A stretch of DNA of 64,000 nucleotides from Candidatus Altimarinota bacterium (GTDB lineage: Bacteria; Patescibacteriota; Gracilibacteria; UBA1369): assembly GCA_963677745.1 (NCBI GenBank), contig OY782391.1:960001-1024000 (forward strand), read 5' to 3'. Below are positions 54,052 to 63,999 of this stretch, in pieces (the stretch's first letter is position 1; each line of letters begins with the position of its first letter). Below the pieces are notes generated by a model. The model did not search any database, had not been told where the DNA came from, and worked only from the letters and a program-made list of their open reading frames with translations. The position numbers and the translations under genes are program-made.

Positions 54052-54231
54052 TAAAAAAATAACTCAACTTTGGTCTAAGACAGTTGAGTGCGATGAACTC
54101 CATTCTGGTTCCCGCAGGCCGTTCCGCCTTTTGTAGACAGTGGGCTGCAACCTGGGAAATGGACTGTTGATGCGTCTCGGTAGGGGGTTTTACGGCACGA
54201 CCTGACCGTGCCTACCTACTGTCTTTGACGG
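54052..54231 (-). promoter_or_regulatory. Ribosomal protein L10 leader RNA with attenuator-like hairpin
   Basis: Minus strand CGTCAAAGACAGTAGG-TAGGCACGGTCAGGTCGTGCCG-TAAAACCCCCTACCGAGACG matches the AAGAC.GUAGG...CCUACCGAG pattern of L10 leaders. Hairpin ACTCAACT..AGTTGAGT plus a U-tract lies just before the start. Confidence 0.85.
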
Positions 54232-54235
54232 GGGA

Positions 54236-54264
54236 AATCTAATTGCTGTCCGGGGAAAAGTCAA
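54236..54264 (-). promoter_or_regulatory. rplJL promoter
   Basis: TTGACT, 17-nt spacer, TAGATT, placing +1 at the start of the L10 leader. Confidence 0.7.
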
Positions 54265-54344
54265 GAAATTCGGCAATCATTTGACTTAGTCTGTCGGATA
54301 GCGCAGAAAATACAGAGTGATACCAAATAACGTCGGGGCAATCC

Positions 54345-55382
54345 ATGAATACAAGTATTACGACGGCTAGTCAGCTGATTAAGCTGGTGGATAGCCATCT
54401 CAAAACGGCGAAGCGTCAAAGGAAAATTCCCCTGTTGGCGGTGATTGGTCCGACTGCTTCCGGGAAAACCGCTTTCGGAATTGCCTTGGCCTCTCATTTT
54501 AATGGGGAAATTGTTTCCTCCGATTCCCGTCAAATTTACAGGGGAATGATGATCGGCACCGCTCAGCCGACCGCAAAAGAAAAAGCACAGGCCAGGCATT
54601 ATCTGGTGGATTTTCTGGAACCGGATCAGCCTTTTAATCTGGCTGAATATCAAAGATTGGCCACAGCCAAACTTCAGGATATTGAAAAACGGGGGAAATT
54701 ACCGCTGTTGGTAGGAGGAACAGGTTTATACATCAGCTCGATTACCGAAAATTACCTGCTGCCCGACTCGCAACCGGACCAGGAGCTGCGTCTGAAAATG
54801 AATAAACTGGCGGAAGAACAGGGCAAGGAGGCTGTTCATCTGCTGCTTGAAAAACTGGATCCGGAAGCGGCAAAACGCATTCATCACAATAATCTTCGTT
54901 ACGTCATCAGGGCATTGGAAATTGCCTGTCGAAAAAAAAAATTCAGCGCTGTCTCGACAGCCGGTCAGTCACCTGATAAATCGCCTGAACAATCACCTTT
55001 TTATCCACTCTTTCTGGAGGTGCGGTGGCCCCGTGAAATTCTTTATCAGCGTATCGAAAAAAGGATTGATCAGCAGATGGAGCAGGGATTGCTCAAGGAA
55101 GTGAAAAATCTGTTGACGAAGTATGATGAAAATCTGCCAAGTATATCTTCGCTGGGGTATCGGGAACTGGGACTATATCTGCAGGACAAAATTACTTTAG
55201 CCGATGCCCTTGAGCTGTTCAAAAAAAACACCAGAAATTTTGCCAAAAGACAATTAACTTGGTTTAGAAAATTTCCACAGGTATACTCAATTCCCGGAGA
55301 AGCCCTGTCGGAAGTGATTAATGACCTCCTCACCGTGCGACCAGCCGGAACAGGAAAAACGGCGCGGCCAAAGGAAAAATAG
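54345..55382 (+). CDS. miaA: tRNA dimethylallyltransferase
   Basis: IGPTASGKT, GEIVSSDSRQIYRGM.IGTA.P, VGGTGLY, RALEI, LGYRE, TRNFAKRQLTWFR. Confidence 0.98.
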   Translation: MNTSITTASQLIKLVDSHLKTAKRQRKIPLLAVIGPTASGKTAFGIALASHFNGEIVSSDSRQIYRGMMIGTAQPTAKEKAQARHYLVDFLEPDQPFNLAEYQRLATAKLQDIEKRGKLPLLVGGTGLYISSITENYLLPDSQPDQELRLKMNKLAEEQGKEAVHLLLEKLDPEAAKRIHHNNLRYVIRALEIACRKKKFSAVSTAGQSPDKSPEQSPFYPLFLEVRWPREILYQRIEKRIDQQMEQGLLKEVKNLLTKYDENLPSISSLGYRELGLYLQDKITLADALELFKKNTRNFAKRQLTWFRKFPQVYSIPGEALSEVINDLLTVRPAGTGKTARPKEK

Positions 55383-55396
55383 AAATAATTTCGCCA

Positions 55397-57106
55397 ATGC
55401 AGGAATTGTCACCACACAAATCGATGCTGGAACAGACTTGGAAGCTGCGGCCGCAGGATCCGGATCTGAATATTATCCAGAATATTCTGAAGAATCGCGG
55501 AATCGTTGATACTGAAGCGGTAAATACTTATTTTAACCCCAATCTTAAAAAGGGCTTTCATAATCCCTTTTTGATGAAAGATATGGACAAGGCGGTCACA
55601 CGTCTTAACAAGGCAATCAAAGATCAGGAAAGAATAATCATTTTTGGGGACTATGATGTTGATGGAATAAGCGGTACCGCCATTCTCTATAATGCCCTGA
55701 AACTGTGCGGGGCCAATTCGTCTTATCGTTTACCGCACCGAATCAATGACGGTTATGGTCTGAACGAGAAATTTATCGATGAATTTAAGGAGAAAAACGT
55801 CAAACTCCTGCTCACGGTGGACTGCGGCATTTCCTGCCGCGATCAGATTTCCAAGGCCGCTGATTATGGAATTGATGTAATTATCACCGACCATCATACC
55901 GTTCCCGCCCAGATTCCCGACCGCGCTTACGCCATTTTACATCCCAAACAGCAGGATTGTCCCTATCCTTTTAAAGGACTGACCGGGGCCGGCGTGGCTT
56001 ACAAGCTGGCTTCTGCGCTGATCACGGACCGGTTCGCCGGCCCCGAACGCGACAAGATTCTTTATTCCCTGCTCGATCTGGTCAGTCTGGGAACGGTGGC
56101 GGATCTCGGCCCCCTGCTCGGGGAAAACCGGATTATCGTCAAATACGGACTGGAGGCCATGCAGAATTCCAATTGGCCGGGCCTGAACCTGCTGATGGAG
56201 TCGGCCGGCATCAACCTCAACCAGAAACTGGGCGTATCGGATATCGGTTTTAAAATCGGGCCGCGCATCAACGCCGCCGGCCGCATTGACCATCCCTATC
56301 ATGCTCTGCAAATGTTGCTGCACGAAGGTGATTTGCAGGAAGGAAAATCCAAAGCCAGCCGGCTGGAAAAACTGAATCTGGAAAGACAGCAGATGGTCCA
56401 GAAAGCTCTTCAGGAGGCAGAGATTCAGTATGCCGACTACCCCTCCGGCCGTAAAATATTTATTGCCTGGAGTCCGGAGTGGCACGCCGGAATTTTGGGA
56501 CTGATTTGCAGCAAAATGGTGGAAAAATACGGGATTCCAACCATTGCCATGCAGGAATATGACAATCAACTGGTGGCTTCATTCCGCAGCAATAAAATGC
56601 TGAACGCTGTTGATTCGCTCAATCATGTCGCCGACTTACTGGCCCATTTTGGAGGACACGCCCAGGCCGCCGGCTTTAGTCTGAACAAGGAAAACCTCCA
56701 GCCTTTTATCGAAAAAATATCGGCTTATGCCGCAGATGTACTGGAACACCACACCTTCGAACAGGAATTGTATATTGATGCGATTCTGGATAAACAGGAT
56801 GTTAACGATAATTTTATGCGTTTGCTCGAGCAGATGGAACCGTTCGGAGTCGGAAACGAAAAACCGGTTTTTATGCTGAAAAACGTCTTGCCGGAAGATC
56901 TCAAGACGGTCGGTCGGGAGCAGCAGCATCTGCATTTTCAGTCCAACACCGGCATCAGCAGATTTTCCTCAATCGCCTTCAAACTGGGATCCTATTTCCC
57001 GCAGCTGGAAGGCAGCGAAAAAGTGGATCTGGCACTTCATCTGGAAAAAAACATCTGGAACGGCCGTGAATCGGTGCAATTTCAGGTGCTGGATTTTATG
57101 AAATAA
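55397..57106 (+). CDS. recJ: ssDNA-specific exonuclease RecJ
   Basis: GDYDVDG, TVDCG, ITDHH, LGTVAD, ENRIIVKYGL, GPRINAAGR, FGGHAQAAG, EPFGVGN. Confidence 0.98.
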   Translation: MQELSPHKSMLEQTWKLRPQDPDLNIIQNILKNRGIVDTEAVNTYFNPNLKKGFHNPFLMKDMDKAVTRLNKAIKDQERIIIFGDYDVDGISGTAILYNALKLCGANSSYRLPHRINDGYGLNEKFIDEFKEKNVKLLLTVDCGISCRDQISKAADYGIDVIITDHHTVPAQIPDRAYAILHPKQQDCPYPFKGLTGAGVAYKLASALITDRFAGPERDKILYSLLDLVSLGTVADLGPLLGENRIIVKYGLEAMQNSNWPGLNLLMESAGINLNQKLGVSDIGFKIGPRINAAGRIDHPYHALQMLLHEGDLQEGKSKASRLEKLNLERQQMVQKALQEAEIQYADYPSGRKIFIAWSPEWHAGILGLICSKMVEKYGIPTIAMQEYDNQLVASFRSNKMLNAVDSLNHVADLLAHFGGHAQAAGFSLNKENLQPFIEKISAYAADVLEHHTFEQELYIDAILDKQDVNDNFMRLLEQMEPFGVGNEKPVFMLKNVLPEDLKTVGREQQHLHFQSNTGISRFSSIAFKLGSYFPQLEGSEKVDLALHLEKNIWNGRESVQFQVLDFMK

Positions 57107-57108
57107 AC

Positions 57109-57137
57109 TTGACAAACCAGGGTAGCTTATTTATGCT
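57109..57137 (+). promoter_or_regulatory. Promoter for the 1157-aa gene
   Basis: TTGACA, 17-nt spacer, TATGCT. Confidence 0.7.
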
Positions 57138-57154
57138 GACACCTTATTTTTGAA

Positions 57155-60100
57155 ATGTCAAACATGGGAGAAGATAAGGACAAACGTTTTGAAAAGGCGT
57201 CTCCGGCTGAAATTCAAGAGGAAATTGACCAGATAGTCAAATACCACGAGGATAACGCCGCGCATTTTTATGATGAGGGCACGGTTGGCGAACCGGCCAT
57301 GGATACCGGCAACCGGTTGTTTGATCTCGCCAATAGAATCGGAGTGGATGGTTTTTGTCTGATCAGCCCGCTGGCGGCAGATGAACATAACATTCGGGCG
57401 GAAGCCAGTAGTAAAATCGAGAAGGCCGTGGCAAATGTCTATCAGGAAATTATTAAGGCGGCAAAAACTTACGCTGCCAACAGAGATACCAACTCTTTTA
57501 ATGAATATTGCAGAATAATTACGCCTGCTTTAAGGCTTATTGATGATACCCTGGGCACACTCGGCATGGAAGAAACTTCTACCAGTTTGTCCTCGGCCTA
57601 TGGGGCTGGATCCACTACCCATATCAAATTTACCGAGCATCTCAGACGTTTATTTGATGAAAAGTCAGGTTTTGCCCAGCTGGAGCAATTACCTGCCGAA
57701 GGAACTGATCCCCGTACTTTTTTGGAAGGATTGATCGAAGAGGAGGCGGAGCAAAATAAACCCCGAACCCGCACTCATATGGGCTTGGGAGTGCCGCACT
57801 TCTCTCCACCACCAGCCAAGGCCGAAACACCTACTGCTCCTCAACCGCTTGCCCCGGCACTTTCACAACCCGCTGACGATCCGGTTATTATGACCGGCGT
57901 AAGCAGAATGATTCCCTCCGTTACTCCGCCGGCAGACCTGCCCGCAGTTAAATCCGTTCCCCAGAAAACAGAAACCGGTTTGGGAAAAATCCCCGTTTCC
58001 GCCGATAATCCCGGGCTGGGACAACTCTCCGCCATGAATGGAATTCCTCTTGCCCCCAGACCCGAGATTTCAGTTCCGCCTCCGGGCAGACTGCCTACGG
58101 ATGACCCCATTGTCAGCAGTTACATGGCCTATGAAGACGAACATGAGGAGGACCCGGTCACTTCTGATTCTGAAAAGGTGCAAAAAGAATTGATTCCGGA
58201 TGAACAAATCTCCAATGAAGTCGGGGAAATTCCACCATCCGGTGTCTTTACGCTCGGAATTGGTGAAAGCATGCCCCAGAACGGAAATCGTCAATACACT
58301 TTACCCGTTGCCAATCCCGATGATCCTGACTCTCCTCTGATTGGCGTAAATCACATAGATCATAGAGAGCTGGGGGATCTGCCTGAACATGAAAGCCATG
58401 AATCGTCTGCTCCCAGAGTTCCGACCATACTTCCAAGAGCCCTGGGATCGCCGGCTCAATTCAGCGAAGAGGCGGTCACAGTTAAATCGGTCTCAACCGG
58501 AACGCTCAGTGTTCCGACAATAAATTCCGTTCCAGAAATTCGCGAAGCTCCTGAAGTTCATGAAGTACAGATGGCATCCGACCTGCAGCCTGCCGTGGAA
58601 ATTCCGGCCAAGGCAGAGGAAGCGACATTTATTCCTCCATCCGCTTTTCATAATTTCGGAGGGGGCGATTACCAGGCTCCTTACTGTCCCAGTGAAAAAC
58701 GCCAATCCAATCCGCCACCGGCTGAGGCGGTAGTTGTAACACCTCCGGCCGATCTGGAACCGCCTCCCTTTACCGAAGAACATAATAAATGGGTGGCCAG
58801 ACAAAAACTGGCTGCGGGGGAGGAAGAAGCCCCCGATTCCGAGGAAGGCAGGCGCACTGCGGTACTTCCCGCAGCCGAGCCGATTATGCCGACTGAACCA
58901 ACTCCTTCCTCAACTTATTTAAAAACCAGTCTTTCCAATAGACCGGCTGCCAGCCCTGTTGCACCGGCTCCGCTTCCGATCCCGGTTGCAGTTCCTCCTG
59001 CTCCGATAGAAGAAGAAGAACCAGCTCCATTTACCAAAAGTTGGGCGGCCCGACAGGCGGCACAAAACACGATACAAAACGGCACTGTTGATGCCAAAAC
59101 AGCCGTTTCATCCTCAGTTGAAGGACTTAAACCGGCGGAAAAAGTTAAAGCAAAGTCTTCCGGAGAGGAAGAATCGGAGATTACGCCACGACGTTCCGAA
59201 CCACCTACCCCCGAAGACACTCAAACCCAGTCCAGATCCAAATTATGGCGCTGGGCAGGAGCTGGAGCGACTGCGCTCGGCCTGACCGGCTTGTTTGGCG
59301 GATTGATTGCCGGAGATACTTTTTCTCATACTACCGATAGTAAATCCACTGCCGCCGCTTCAGCCAGCGCGTCTTCCAAAACTGCCGCCACCCCGCCTTC
59401 AGCTTCCTCCAGCGCCGCTTCCAACAAAACTCCCGACAAACCGGCTACTGTGGAAAATCAGGCCAAGGGAGAAAAAGGAATCTATAGAATCGACGTCCAG
59501 TCACCGGCATTTCAGGGATATTTGTGTCATTTCAAAGGCGCTTCCATGCTTTCCGACACCATGAAGAAAGTCGCTCTGGCCACCCAAGTGGGGTTCAATC
59601 AGAATTTACAGGAACGCCAAACGGCACAGAAACAAGGGAAAACAATGCTGGTCGGCAATGAAGACGAAAATTCGCAGCGTCTGGCTTTGCTGGAGGCCTA
59701 TCTGAACCAGGCCCAAGCCGATTCGACTGATAATTATTTTATAAAGAACTATTTCCGTAAACAGAAATCAGCCTTTGAAGACTTTAAAGCCACTGGAGTT
59801 TGGAGCCGTGAGGCCAGGGCTTACGCCGTCGATAAATTGTATGATTCTCTGGTGATGGAAAGATTGGTTACCTCGCCGGAAATAATCGGTTTCGCTCCGG
59901 TTGTGGATTCTTCGAACTGGAAACAGGTCAGCGACTATGCTCCGGCTTTCGCCAAGGTCAGTCAGGAAGCCGCACGCCGTCTGCACCTTGCTGGAAATGT
60001 CCCTCCCTTTAATGATCCCCGTCTGATGAAAGTATCTATGTGTGACGAAATTCAAAAAATCGGCAAGGACGTTCGGACGATCAAATCGCTCAAAATCGGT

Positions 60101-60628
60101 AAACCCGAAGACGTAATGGCCGGTATTCATTATATGTATAACGCCTGGTGTAAAGACACCTGCCCTGCTTTCGTCAATCCTTTTGAAAAGGCCATTCGTG
60201 TGACAGAACCGGTCAAGGCCGAAAAACCACAACCCGTTCCGTCACAGGTCAATCAACCAAATGTCGTGCCAAATCCGGAACCGCTTCCCGGCAATTTAAA
60301 TCCGGCCCCCGTGCAGCAACCTCAACCGAAACACACCTGGTTCAAATGGCCTTGGCAGAAAAACTCAGCTCCCGACCGGCAGGTCATGCCTCAAAATTCT
60401 GAGACTCAGTATGCCTGCGCCGCTCCCGAGAAAAAGCCTGGTTTACTGTCACGTGCCGTCAGTAAGGTTAAAGAATTCTTCGGGTTCGGCGGGAAGGTGG
60501 AACAGTCTTCTCAGTCACAATACGCTTCGACTTCCGATGCCAATTGGTCACCATTTATTATGGATGATACAATAGTAACTCCCAAACAAACCTGGAAAGA
60601 AACCCTTAAGGAATATTTCTGGGGATAA
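57155..60628 (+). CDS. Large Pro/Glu/Ser-rich bitopic hypothetical protein (1157 aa)
   Basis: Helical N-terminal domain, about 500 aa of low-complexity sequence, one TM (WAGAGATALGLTGLFGGLIAG), Ser/Ala linker, Cys-containing C-terminal domain. Confidence 0.88.
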   Translation: MSNMGEDKDKRFEKASPAEIQEEIDQIVKYHEDNAAHFYDEGTVGEPAMDTGNRLFDLANRIGVDGFCLISPLAADEHNIRAEASSKIEKAVANVYQEIIKAAKTYAANRDTNSFNEYCRIITPALRLIDDTLGTLGMEETSTSLSSAYGAGSTTHIKFTEHLRRLFDEKSGFAQLEQLPAEGTDPRTFLEGLIEEEAEQNKPRTRTHMGLGVPHFSPPPAKAETPTAPQPLAPALSQPADDPVIMTGVSRMIPSVTPPADLPAVKSVPQKTETGLGKIPVSADNPGLGQLSAMNGIPLAPRPEISVPPPGRLPTDDPIVSSYMAYEDEHEEDPVTSDSEKVQKELIPDEQISNEVGEIPPSGVFTLGIGESMPQNGNRQYTLPVANPDDPDSPLIGVNHIDHRELGDLPEHESHESSAPRVPTILPRALGSPAQFSEEAVTVKSVSTGTLSVPTINSVPEIREAPEVHEVQMASDLQPAVEIPAKAEEATFIPPSAFHNFGGGDYQAPYCPSEKRQSNPPPAEAVVVTPPADLEPPPFTEEHNKWVARQKLAAGEEEAPDSEEGRRTAVLPAAEPIMPTEPTPSSTYLKTSLSNRPAASPVAPAPLPIPVAVPPAPIEEEEPAPFTKSWAARQAAQNTIQNGTVDAKTAVSSSVEGLKPAEKVKAKSSGEEESEITPRRSEPPTPEDTQTQSRSKLWRWAGAGATALGLTGLFGGLIAGDTFSHTTDSKSTAAASASASSKTAATPPSASSSAASNKTPDKPATVENQAKGEKGIYRIDVQSPAFQGYLCHFKGASMLSDTMKKVALATQVGFNQNLQERQTAQKQGKTMLVGNEDENSQRLALLEAYLNQAQADSTDNYFIKNYFRKQKSAFEDFKATGVWSREARAYAVDKLYDSLVMERLVTSPEIIGFAPVVDSSNWKQVSDYAPAFAKVSQEAARRLHLAGNVPPFNDPRLMKVSMCDEIQKIGKDVRTIKSLKIGKPEDVMAGIHYMYNAWCKDTCPAFVNPFEKAIRVTEPVKAEKPQPVPSQVNQPNVVPNPEPLPGNLNPAPVQQPQPKHTWFKWPWQKNSAPDRQVMPQNSETQYACAAPEKKPGLLSRAVSKVKEFFGFGGKVEQSSQSQYASTSDANWSPFIMDDTIVTPKQTWKETLKEYFWG

Positions 60629-60636
60629 AAGCTTGA

Positions 60637-60665
60637 TTTACAGGAAAGAGAAAGTGTTTTATAAT
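60637..60665 (+). promoter_or_regulatory. Promoter for the DHH-family gene
   Basis: TTTACA, 17-nt spacer, TATAAT. Confidence 0.7.
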
Positions 60666-60717
60666 ATAAGGATACCAAGCTCTAAATATCCACTAAGATT
60701 CCGGGAAACAGTCATCA

Positions 60718-62091
60718 ATGAAAAACATCGAAAACCAAATCCTTAAGCTGATTGATAACGCCCGGAGCATCCTGGTGATGCCCTCCAGTCCCCCGGACGG
60801 AGACTCTTTGGGCAGCGCCGTGGCTATTTATCTGGCTCTCCGTAAAATCGGAAAAACCTCCACTGTGGTCTGTGCTGACCCGGTGCCGGAGGTTTTTCAG
60901 TTCCTGCCGATGATCAATACCATCACCAATGAATTTACCCCGACTCCCGATTTTATCATCACTGTGGATGCAAAAAACGCTGAACTGGCCAGCATCCAGA
61001 GTGAACTGAAGGAGAACAAGATCAATATCATTCTGACTGCCAAGAGCGGACAATTCAGTTCCGACAAAGTCAGCTTTTCACACGGGGAAAATCGCTATGA
61101 TCTGATTATTACGGTTGATACGGCCGCCCAGCAGCAGTTGGGCAGATTTTATGAGGACAATGTAAAACTGTTCAGTGAAATTCCAGTCGTAAACATCGAC
61201 CATCATGCCTCCAACGAGCAATTCGGACTGATTAATTATGTGGAGGTGATGAGTTCTTCCGCCGCGGAAATTGTTCAGAGTCTGCTGGAAGCAATGGAGG
61301 AGTATAAAGGAATAGAAATTATTGATGAAGATATCGGCACACTGCTCCTGGCAGGTATCATCACCGATACCGGATCTTTTCAGAATTCCAACACCAATCC
61401 CAAATCTTTTTCCAATTCGGCCAAATTGATACGCAGGGGAGCCAGGCAGCAGGAAATCATTCAGCACGTTTTCAAGACCAAACAGCTTTCCACTTTGCGT
61501 TTGTGGGGACGGGTACTCACTAATATTCACATTGAAAAACCCCATCGTTTTCTGTGGTCCGTCATTACCAAAAAGGATTTACTGGAAACCGGCAGCCAGG
61601 CCGATGAATCCGGAGGTATTATTGACGAACTGATGACCAATGCCCCCGATACGGACATCATACTTTTATTAAAAGAGAAGGAAGACGGTTTGCTTTCGGG
61701 AAGTCTGCGTACCACCTCCGACGGAATAGATGCCAGCGAGATTGCCTCTATCTGGGGCGGCGGGGGACACGCCAAAGCGGCGGGTTTCCGTATCAAGGAT
61801 GCCTCGTTTGCTTCGGCCGGCCGGGATATTGTTGAAAAAATTAAGGAATTTCAGTCCCGCAGATTGAACATTATTCCTGAGAATAACAGCGATACTCAGT
61901 CAGTCAAAAAAGAGGAAAAAGAAATCCTGCCGGCCAAAGTCGAACTGAAAAAAACATCAGCCGGACAGAGTCAGGCGGAGTCTTCAGATGACAAAGAGCA
62001 AAACCATCAAAAAGAGTCCCGTGTCATTTCCAAAAAAGATCAACAGCCCAAAAAACTCACTCCCGGCGCGCTGTATAGATTTGAAGAATAG
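60718..62091 (+). CDS. nrnA: DHH/DHHA1 phosphoesterase, NrnA-like nanoRNase/pAp phosphatase
   Basis: PDGDSLGS, ITVD, NIDHHASN, GIITDTGSF, SGSLR, GGGGHAKAAG. Has an insertion after the first motif and a charged tail. Confidence 0.88.
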   Translation: MKNIENQILKLIDNARSILVMPSSPPDGDSLGSAVAIYLALRKIGKTSTVVCADPVPEVFQFLPMINTITNEFTPTPDFIITVDAKNAELASIQSELKENKINIILTAKSGQFSSDKVSFSHGENRYDLIITVDTAAQQQLGRFYEDNVKLFSEIPVVNIDHHASNEQFGLINYVEVMSSSAAEIVQSLLEAMEEYKGIEIIDEDIGTLLLAGIITDTGSFQNSNTNPKSFSNSAKLIRRGARQQEIIQHVFKTKQLSTLRLWGRVLTNIHIEKPHRFLWSVITKKDLLETGSQADESGGIIDELMTNAPDTDIILLLKEKEDGLLSGSLRTTSDGIDASEIASIWGGGGHAKAAGFRIKDASFASAGRDIVEKIKEFQSRRLNIIPENNSDTQSVKKEEKEILPAKVELKKTSAGQSQAESSDDKEQNHQKESRVISKKDQQPKKLTPGALYRFEE

Positions 62092-62106
62092 ACGTAGAGT
62101 TCTGTC

Positions 62107-62838
62107 TTATTCCAGATTGGTGTAAACCTCGCTAACGTCATCCTCATTTAAAAGTGTTTCCACCAGCAACTCCAGTGACTCACGATGGGGATCGTTTTCC
62201 GGCATGGAAAGGTTGTTCTTCGCTTCAAAAGTCAAAGTGGAACTTTCAATTTTCCAGCCTTTTCTAAGTACTTCCGCCCTGAGTTTTCCGAAATCATCAG
62301 GGGAAGTTGTGACCTTCAGTATATTTCCGTCGGCTTCCACATCGTTGGCGCCCAGATCGATCAATTCCAATGTAATCGCCTCCAGCTGATCCAGTTTTTT
62401 CTCCTCGATCTCAATAAAGATCAGCCCGACTCTATTGAACATCCAGGCCACTGCTCCCGCCTCGGCCAGCCGGCCCCCTTTTTTATTGAGTATGACCCGG
62501 ATATTGCCCAGGGCCCGATTTTTATTATCGGTCAGTGTTTCGATCAGCATGGCGACCCCGCCGGGACCAAAAGCGTCATAAACAATTTCTTCATAAATAG
62601 CAGCATTTTTATCCTCACCACTGCCTTTTTTAATTGCCCTTTCAATGTTGTCGTTGGGTACATTTTCCGCGCGCGCCAGCTCCACCGCTGCAGCCAGCAG
62701 AGGGTTGGTACCGAGGTCTGCACCCCCGCGCGCGGCGATGGCGATCAGTTTGGCGTGCCGGGTGAAAACTTTGGCCTTGCGGGCATCCTCAGCCATTTTC
62801 CGGTGTTTGATATTGTGCCATTTGGAATGTCGGGCCAT
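62107..62838 (-). CDS. yebC: YebC/PmpR family protein
   Basis: HSKWHNIKHRK, NIERAIKKG, GPGGVAMLIETLTDNKNR, GAVAWMF, DDVSEVYTN. Confidence 0.97.
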   Translation of the reverse strand: MARHSKWHNIKHRKMAEDARKAKVFTRHAKLIAIAARGGADLGTNPLLAAAVELARAENVPNDNIERAIKKGSGEDKNAAIYEEIVYDAFGPGGVAMLIETLTDNKNRALGNIRVILNKKGGRLAEAGAVAWMFNRVGLIFIEIEEKKLDQLEAITLELIDLGANDVEADGNILKVTTSPDDFGKLRAEVLRKGWKIESSTLTFEAKNNLSMPENDPHRESLELLVETLLNEDDVSEVYTNLE

Positions 62839-62848
62839 AACTGAAAAT

Positions 62849-63121
62849 TTATTCGGTTTTGAGAGGCAAGGTCAGTCGTATGTTTTCCTTGGTGGTCACG
62901 GCCTGGGCGGTGGGAGTTTCCGGGGGAGGGGCGGTGGGGCCTTTCATGGTTTCCGGACCTGCAGTCGGACCGTTGGAATAGGGAACACCGTATTTTCCGA
63001 CCTGATCCTCAGCTTTTTGAGGGGCATCGGCACCTTTTTCCTTGTTCATTTCCCCATTTTCCTGTTGGCATCCGGCCAGCAGAATAATGCTTAGAACTAA
63101 GATTATTTTCCAGTATTTCAT
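62849..63121 (-). CDS. Small Pro-rich lipoprotein
   Basis: MKYWKIILVLSIILLAG-C lipobox; GPTAGP and GPTAPP segments. Confidence 0.75.
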   Translation of the reverse strand: MKYWKIILVLSIILLAGCQQENGEMNKEKGADAPQKAEDQVGKYGVPYSNGPTAGPETMKGPTAPPPETPTAQAVTTKENIRLTLPLKTE

Positions 63122-63132
63122 TGTTGCTTAAA

Positions 63133-63999
63133 TTAAAAACTACTGCTTTTACCTGATTTGGTCGCCAGAATTGTGGCAGAATTGCGGTCAATTTTCAAAG
63201 TTAAATCAATTGTCTGGCTGTAATAATAATCCACCGGACCGGTCCCGATCCCGATTGAATCGGTCTCGAAAAGATTTTCATCGGTTAATTTCTGTGTAAC
63301 TTCGGTGGCCTGACCTTCAACCAGTACCATTTTCAAAATTTCAGCCTTCAGCTGCTCGGAAGCGGACAGGGCCGGGGTGGTAGAAGTGACGACGGTTGAA
63401 CTGTTATCCGTTGCGGGAGCGGACTGCGTGGCGGTTGGAAGCGTGGCCAGACAATTTTCACTCTGACCGTCACTGGTACTTGATTCACGGATGCTGCCAA
63501 TGATGTACCGCAGTTCTTCTTTCAGTTGCGGACCCAGAGGACCGTCGCCCATTTGGGCATATATTACCAGTATCTTGCCGTTACTCAGTTGCAGATAACT
63601 GTCCTGCAGACCGTTACCAGGCAGTGAAACATAGGCATAAGGCATACCGTTCAGGGTGATCACCTGTTTGGTTGCCCCGGCACCATATTCAATTTGATCC
63701 ATGTAACTTTGCAGCGTCAATTTACCTTCATTGTTGTCAACGGCCACTATCGCTACCAGGCTGTTCGGGAAAACCCTTCCGAAACTGACCTGCCGATTGG
63801 CGACATCCTGTTTCCATAATATCAGCTGGTTGCCGGCGGGCAGGGTGAGCCAGGAAAAAGGTCTCTTGATGCTGTAACCCATTTCGAAATTATTGCAGGC
63901 TCTCCAGTTCAGGTTGATCGGAAAGCGGTCGGTTTTGTTCAATTGTATATACATCGTACGGTAAAGTGCCTCCGCAAAATCCGCCCGGGACATCTTTCT
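63133..63999 (-). CDS. SLH-domain surface protein, C-terminal part (5' end outside the window)
   Basis: Frame is open to the window edge. MSRADFAEALYR resembles the end of an SLH repeat and is followed by a possible PsbP-like beta domain and a Thr/Ser linker. Confidence 0.7.
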   Translation of the reverse strand, partial: RKMSRADFAEALYRTMYIQLNKTDRFPINLNWRACNNFEMGYSIKRPFSWLTLPAGNQLILWKQDVANRQVSFGRVFPNSLVAIVAVDNNEGKLTLQSYMDQIEYGAGATKQVITLNGMPYAYVSLPGNGLQDSYLQLSNGKILVIYAQMGDGPLGPQLKEELRYIIGSIRESSTSDGQSENCLATLPTATQSAPATDNSSTVVTSTTPALSASEQLKAEILKMVLVEGQATEVTQKLTDENLFETDSIGIGTGPVDYYYSQTIDLTLKIDRNSATILATKSGKSSSF

